A stretch of 64,000 bases of DNA. Origin: the human T2T-CHM13v2.0 reference genome, Homo sapiens. The notes below the pieces were generated by a model. It saw nothing but the letters and a program-made list of their open reading frames with translations, was not told the origin of the DNA and searched no databases. The stretch is from NCBI RefSeq assembly GCF_009914755.1, contig NC_060934.1; one strand, given 5' to 3'. This document shows positions 57,595 through 64,000 of this stretch, piece after piece; within the stretch, counting starts at the first letter, position 1; every line of letters begins with the position of its first letter. A program made the position numbers and the translations under genes.

Positions 57595-58274
57595 GGGCTG
57601 GATGACTTTGGGGAAGGCCTCTGACTCTTCAGGTACCGCAAACGTGCTTGTCTATTACTTGTCAAATGTAATTGTCAAATGTAGCTGCCCTCACAAGGAT
57701 GCTGCAAGCATCACGGCAGGTGATTAACAGGAAAGCACTTGGGAAGCCATGGGGTGCTTAGAAACAGAGGGGTTGCAGGAGTGGCTGCTGTGGGAGGCCC
57801 CCCATCCCTCCACCCCAGGTGCTGAGAGTCTCGGCCTTGAGGGTGCACAGCTGTGGCCTTCTCCTGAGACCTGTCCTCAGGGGTACAGGTGTCTCATCAC
57901 AGAGCATCCCCTCCACTCTCCCTACCTCTGACAGCCCCAGGCATGGCAGATGACATGGAGGAAGGCTGGCCTCCTTGCCATAGGAGGGGAACAATGTGTG
58001 GTGCAATTGGTGCCCCAGCATGCTCCTCCAGGGTAGCCTGTAAATCCCTAAGCAGTGTCTCTTAAGTGCATTGCTGTCATAGTCATTCGGTAAGTTCTCC
58101 AGAGAAGGTCATCTAATCGTATATCAAATATCAAAGTCAATAATAGAATAAGAGTGACTATAGCTTTCAAACACAGCCTTCACAGCCCTGGGGTTCTGGA
58201 GGCATGCCACTGGGACTGCTGGTGTGTGTGTGTGTGTGTAAAAGGGAGCCCAGAGGGTGGTGAGGGCTCCCCTG

Positions 58275-58400
58275 GACTATTCACCCTCCACATTTTGATG
58301 ATGAGGCAGCTGAGGCCCAGAGAGGTGAAGTGGTTTCCTCAAGATCACACAGCTAGTCAGAAGCAGAGCAGCGTTCAGAACTCAGCTTCCCTTAATCCAA
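58275..58400 (-). mobile_element. MIR
   Basis: gatgaggcagctgaggcccagagaggtgaagtggtttcctcaagatcacacagctagt. Confidence 0.8.
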
Positions 58401-58439
58401 GATGAATACCTTTTCCATGGCACCTCTCCACCAGCCAGA

Positions 58440-58858
58440 GCCCTGCCAGGAAACACAAGTCTGATGGATGATTTGGTGAAAGGAAGACTTTCAGAGCAAT
58501 GGGCAGGGTTATGAGGATCAACAAGGGATATTGAGGCACCCACAGACAAGCAAGAGCAGGGGTCTTTACCACCTCTTGGCTTGAAGCATCAAGGTCAGAG
58601 AACAGTGTTATTGGAACCCAGTGAGAGCTGAGGGGGGAGAAGTGGCTGCCCAGTAGGGGCTGACGTGCAGAGGGGAGAAGACCCTGCCAGCACAGTGGCC
58701 CAAAGAGGGCCCTCTGACCCCTACCCGACCCTCGAATCTTCTTGCCTGCTGGTAGGCAGGCAGCAAAGGAGCCCTGAAGATGCATTTCCTGGAGGCCACC
58801 CCCAGGGCAGAGAAGGATGGAGATTGATGCCAAGGAAGCAAACAGAATGACCAGCACA
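58440..58858. mobile_element. Probable old ERVL-class LTR (subfamily uncertain)
   Basis: caacaagggatattgaggcaccc...ttaccacc...ggaacccagtgagagc...accagcaca resembles old ERVL LTRs. Confidence 0.35.
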
Positions 58859-60146
58859 ACTTCATGATGCAGCCATTCCCTCCATTCAGGGTAGTGGACG
58901 GTGACAGGGCAAGACTCCAGCACATTGCAGGGCAGCTTTCCTGGTCCCTCTGTGTAATTTGTAGTGAATTTGGTATTTGTGAATGTGCCTCGTGTTCCCT
59001 CAGCTTCAGAGCCATCTACTGTTCTGAGAGGGGCTTGTCTTCCTGAGGACCATGGTGGAGGAAAATGCTCCTCTTGTGAGACAAAGGGAATGAGTGACAG
59101 GACAGAGAATTTCCTGGACGGCTCTGTACCAGAAATGTACCAGGTTCCACAGTAGATGGGCTCTGCAGAGTTGGCATGAGTGATTCACAGGAGTGTGCTT
59201 GGTGAGTTTGGACAAACATTGAAATTGGGTTTTGCTAACAAAGCCCTACTCCACCATGAACAGGCAGGGTGCCTTGAATCCTAATTTTCAGATTCTGAGG
59301 GACAGCATTTGCATGCTGTCTCTATGAAGAACTTTATTCAAAGCTCACTATTGATTGTGGTCTTGCAGGTCCTAAAGAGAAAACTTGCTTCTACAGAAAT
59401 TTATGATTCATGAAATGCTGTCTCCTTTATAAATTCTTACCCCTGAGAAGCAGACCCTCTCCTTGGCAGGAGTTCTTCAGGGAATACCCTGGGGACCAAG
59501 CAACACTCCAGTTATTTTTAAATTGAGCATATTCACACTGATTTCAAGGACAGTGTATGCGCTTATTGATTCAATAAACATGATCCTGCATAAGGAATTA
59601 TTGAGTAGAAGGCTATGCTGGAAGGTGGAATTGAGAATCTGCCCTCACGTTCCCAGAACTCAACAGGACCAAAGGAAGTGATGCACGTTGAAACTATGAT
59701 TCTGTTTTACACGGTCAGGCCTAGAGCATCTGCCACTACAGCCTGTTGGCTGCTTGCCTTGCCATGCAAATTTGCTTTCCATCCAGGCCAATTTGCTCTA
59801 GTGAGGGTCTCCCTGGATGTCATTAGCAATGCTTTATCTTCTGATTATGTGAGGAGTGTTGTGTCTCTGAACATTATTGCCTGCAGATTCTGGTGAGTGC
59901 AGTGAAGAAAGTTGATGGTATCTCAGTAGATCGTCTTATTGACCCTTGGGAAGTTTCTTCCTCTCCTTTGCATTCTTTTACTAGGGCTTTAGAAAATCTG
60001 TTTAACTTCGAGATATTCCCACATTATATAGGCTGGATATGCAAACATCAGCCTACAAGGATCAGCTCTTTGAAATGTCTCATAAGTCTTAGCAGAAATT
60101 GTTAGAGAAGCTGAGGTACAGCTTAGCTTATGTAATTATATGGACA

Positions 60147-60419
60147 AGCTGGGCGTGGTGGCTTATGCCTGTAATCCCAGCACTTTGGGAGGTTGAGGTG
60201 GGTGGATGACTTCAGTGTAGGAGTTTGAGACCAGCCTGGGCAACATGGCAAAACCCCATCTCTACTAAAAATACAAAAAATTAGCTGAGTGTGGTGGCAC
60301 ATGCCTGTAGTCCCAGCTACTCCAGAGGCTGAGGCGGGTGGGTCACTTTAGCCTGGGAGGTCAAGGCTGCAGTTAAGTAATGATTGTGCCACTTGGGCAA
60401 CAGAGTGAGACCCTGTCTC
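60147..60419 (+). mobile_element. AluJ with tail replaced by (CT)n(AT)n
   Basis: cctgggcaacatggcaaaacc, ggaggtcaaggctgcag, gaccctgtctc; TSD-like tatatg(g/a)acaagct at 60137-60150 and 60440-60453. Confidence 0.92.
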
Positions 60420-60511
60420 TCTCTCTCTCTATATATATATATATGAACAAGCTAAGAATGCCTCTACCTTTTAGTGTTTGGTAGCGGTGACAACTTATCA
60501 GCCATTTCCTT

Positions 60512-60615
60512 TTCATTCCTCTTTTACTCAATAAATATTTATTGAGAAACTATTGTGCATAAGGCATGTGGTAGGCACTGGGGATATGGCTATAAAAGAG
60601 AACCAAAAAATCCTG
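60512..60615 (-). mobile_element. L2 3' end
   Basis: ctcaataaatatttattgagaaactattgtgc...aggcactggggata. Confidence 0.65.
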
Positions 60616-61389
60616 TGTAAGTGTAGCTTTTTATTTAAAATGTGTTGGAATCTTTTGGTTCATCCATCCATCCATCCCCCATCATCTATTCATATGTTTG
60701 TTTCACATTGACTTGCATTACCACATAGTTCCATGTGGCTGAAAGAGCTTCAGAGAAACACTAAGCCCCACGCCATTATCTATAATTTAGCTAACAGGTC
60801 AAGTATATCTACAGCCTATGCAGACTGTGGAGACCATGGTGCCTGAGACCCTGTTAGTAGGACTGGAGGATTGGGGTATAATGTTTCCCATGTGATGAGA
60901 AGGATATAGAATGTCATTTGAAAGAGGGAGAAAATCTTATGGTCCATAACTTTTCTCTGGTAGCTCTTGATATTTAAATTTATAACCTTTCATTGATTGC
61001 TGCATGCATTCATTCAAGAAATGTAGATTAATCTTCGGCCATTTTCTAAGTAATAGGAATATAGAGATGAATACAATGTCATCTGTACCTTCAAAGGGTC
61101 ACAGGCTAGAAGATTAATCTAATCCTCAGGAAATATGAAGCTAGAAATCAAGATGTGTCTCCTTTGTTCTCCAATCTCAAGCTATTTGACAGTTTGAAAG
61201 AAGTGCTCTTTGTGTACTCATGACTCTTTTCCCAGAAGGTTGGGTCAGGTTCTCAACATCCCGTAGCAGTGGACTTCAGCACCTGCACCTGCACCTTTGG
61301 GATCCCTTGGTGGCAGGGTTTCTGGCAATCAAATGTTCATGTAGACTTGGGCTGGGTGTGGAAACCCAAGGGTAGCATAGAATTTTTCA

Positions 61390-61530
61390 GCTGGCGTTCT
61401 GGGGCCAAGACTGCCCAAACGTAAGTCTAGCTCTTTGCTTACTAGTTGGATGACCTCAGGCAAAGTTACTTACCTCTTTTTCCTCCCATTTACTCATATG
61501 TAAAATGGAGATAATTATAGTCTGTAAATC
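61390..61530 (+). mobile_element. MIR
   Basis: cttactagttggatgacctcaggcaaagttacttacctct...ctcatatgtaaaatggagataat. Confidence 0.75.
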
Positions 61531-61534
61531 ATAT

Positions 61535-61900
61535 GTAGATCTCTTCTGTATGGAAGTGTGGTGGTGGGGCACGTGATTGTGTATTTCTTAAAATGCATAG
61601 AATGACAAACCACAAAGAATATATTTTACTGTATGTAAATATAGAAAAATTAACCAGGGTGTCTGTATGTGTGTGTGGGTGAGTTAGAATGCAGACTTAG
61701 GGCAAAGGAATGTAACTGCATTTAAAACAAATCACGTAATTCCACTGAAGGGAAGAAAGGAGTTAACCGAAGGAACCTTGGAATGCAGTGTATCTAGTAA
61801 AACAGGCAAAAGAATTGCACACAAACATAATACTCTAGTTGATAAACTTGTTTCTCATAAAGGTTTGGGTTAAAAATTCTGAAGCTGCTTAAATTTATCC
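61535..61900 (+). mobile_element. L1MC/L1MD 3'UTR fragment
   Basis: gtggtggtgg...attttactgtatgtaaat...gaatgcagac...atgtaactgcatt...ccactgaaggg. Confidence 0.55.
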
Positions 61901-62339
61901 TGATAATGACTAATGATTTTTGAATCTGAGGAATCTCTCTTTTACCCTGAAAAATTCCTACGTCATGTTTTTGGATGTATCCTTTCCTTCATCATCTATT
62001 TTCCTTACTTCTTGCTCTTTATTCCATACTCCTTACTTCTCTTTCACATTCCCCATCTGCTATCTCTATGCAATACTTTCAGTAAATTTTGATATTGAAT
62101 GTCCATTTACTGATACTCTCTTTGGTTGGCTATGTCTACAGTTTAACCAGTCATTTACCTATGTTTTCTCTTTTTCTTTAAATTTCAGTGATTATATTTT
62201 TATTTCATAAAATTCTGTTTAAATATGTCTAAAACCAATTTTTTTCTAAATTATCCTTTTATTGACTCGGAGCTTCTATACTTATGTTTATCTTTTTGAA
62301 AAATATTTTACAACAGTGTTAAAAATGTTCCATTTAATC

Positions 62340-64000
62340 TATTTTAACTTTATTTTTGGAAAATTTTACGCTTACAGGAAAGTTCCAAAAATATTACCAA
62401 GAAGGCCAGTAAACCCTTTACCCTGCCTCCCTGTATATTAGTGTTTTACATAACCATAAAATAATAATCTCTGAAATTAACCTTGGTACAGTATCATTAA
62501 ACTACAGAATTTATTCAGACTTCAGCCATTTCTCCACTAATGTCCTTTCTCTATTCTAAGATCCAATCAGATCCCATGTGGCATTTATTTCTGTATTTTC
62601 TCTATCTCCTTCAATCTGTGACAATTTCTCTTTCTTTCTTTGTCTTTGGTGACCTCAACACTTTTGAGGAGCACTGGTCAGTTATTTTGTAGATGGTTCC
62701 CTCAGTTCAGGTTGTTTTAACATTTTCTCCTGATTATACTGAGCTTATGTATTATTGGGGAGATGCTGCAGAGGTGGTGTGCCTTTCTCAGTGCCTTGCA
62801 CCAGGAAGCACATGATATTGATAAATACTACTGATGATGTTGACCTCAATTCCTTGGTTAAAGTGGCATCTGTCAGGATCCTTCACTGTAAAGCTACTAT
62901 AGTCCCCTTTTTAATTACTAAGAATTTTGGAGATACTTTGAAACTATATAAATATTCAGTTTCTGCTTAAATTTCTCCCCACTCATTTTAGCATCTTTTT
63001 ATGGATCTTGTCTGCATTGATTATTTTTGTGGTGTTTTAATAGTGATTTTGTATTTCCCTGATTCTTCCACATTCACAAACTGAAATTTCTTCTGTAAAG
63101 AAAAGTTGTCTTGTTTCCCTTTCTCTCTTTTTTAATTTGTCTTAACATGGACCTATGGAGATTTATTTTATTAACTGGGGGTGTAATTCAGTTCTACCCC
63201 TACTTGTTTTGTTGCTCAAGTTATTCTAATTTTGGCTACTAGGAATTCTTTCAGGTTGGCGTCTGTGCTCTTTCAACATGGCACCATCTTTTTAAAAAGC
63301 ACTTCTTTAATTTCTGACGTCAGAAGAAGATGCAGACTCATCTTTCATTTATCCTGCCTCAAACGTGGTATCAACCTGTTCTCCAAGGAGCTCTTACTTC
63401 TTTTATTGAGAAATGGTAATTAGAAACCAAGTTCTGGGTGCAAGGTGTGCTCACTGCAACCTGGATATCATTGTCTTAGCAGACAGAAGTAGAAAACATG
63501 TGTGTGTGTGTGTACTAACTCATATACACACACAGCTCTCTCCCATTCCCCACTCCAAAATACAAAAATGCTGGGTTCATATTGATACATCCCACCCTAA
63601 TCCAGCACCATAAGATTCACTCTGGCCTTCTTTTCCTTTACTTATTTGTAACTTCTTTCTCCTACATAGTAAGAAACTGGCTGTCACTGTCTATAACATA
63701 TTTACCTACTTGTTCAACTTTAGTATACTACAAACGTATATTGCATTCCAGAGTTACTTAGTTCAGTTACTTCTTCCTCAGGGTGGCTATGAGATTAATT
63801 TGAAATGTAGTCAGTCATTTATTAGTCTGCCTTCCAACTCCCCATACCCCACATACTGGTTGATTGAAAAAAACACGATATAAAGTTCATTATTTTGGTG
63901 TACAGTACTATGGATTTTAACAAATGTCCAGACACGTACTTACCACTATAGTCCACTACAGAACAGGTGTATCATCCCTTAAATTCTCTGCTGTCCTTTT
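62340..64000 (-). mobile_element. L1MC4/L1MD-like 3' region, running off the window end
   Basis: aaactacagaatttattcagacttc...gagcactggtcagttattttgtag...aaatggtaattagaaaccaag; same family as 14080-16160. Confidence 0.75.

Noticed and set aside
57336-57746. 15-bp direct repeat aaagcacttgggaag (57336-57350 and 57732-57746) as a TSD
   Set aside because: Both copies sit at MIR-like 3' ends, and there is no poly(A)-tailed insert between them
58375-59015. 182-aa and 135-aa ORFs (likewise 48630-49151 and 56296-57149)
   Set aside because: No recognisable domain, mostly non-ATG starts, overlap with repeats, and lengths within chance expectation
62340-64000. Similarity to 14080-16160 suggesting a segmental duplication
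   Set aside because: Both are diverged copies of the same old L1 3' region, and the unique flanks are not shared

Overview
Primate (most likely human) non-coding genomic DNA, roughly two-thirds interspersed repeat. I find no supportable cellular protein-coding gene, RNA gene or CRISPR array. The only recognisable protein-coding remnants are LINE-1 ORF2 pieces and a decayed hAT transposase C-terminus. Repeat content: L1 (primate L1PA copies with readable target-site duplications [TSDs], plus long old L1M tracts at ~12.4-24.7 kb, 39.7-46.7 kb and 62.3-64 kb), 12 Alus, MaLR/ERVL solo LTRs (THE1D, MSTB, MLT1, MLT2, LTR16), DNA transposons (MER45R-like, Tigger2, MADE1, MER91, MER5), L2 and MIR. 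The best-supported curiosities are structural: a three-level nest AluS > MADE1 > AluSc that also forms a tight inverted Alu pair, a twin-priming 5'-inverted L1, an L1 with two large internal deletions inside a perfect 15-bp TSD, and a hAT fossil holding nested elements. Weaker signals are several + strand non-coding exon candidates, a near-consensus CTCF motif in a MIR-like element, a kB site and a PAX3/7-type palindrome. I do not see a demonstrably new biological system. Subfamily names come from recalled consensus sequences and need RepeatMasker/Dfam confirmation; boundaries of old elements are approximate.
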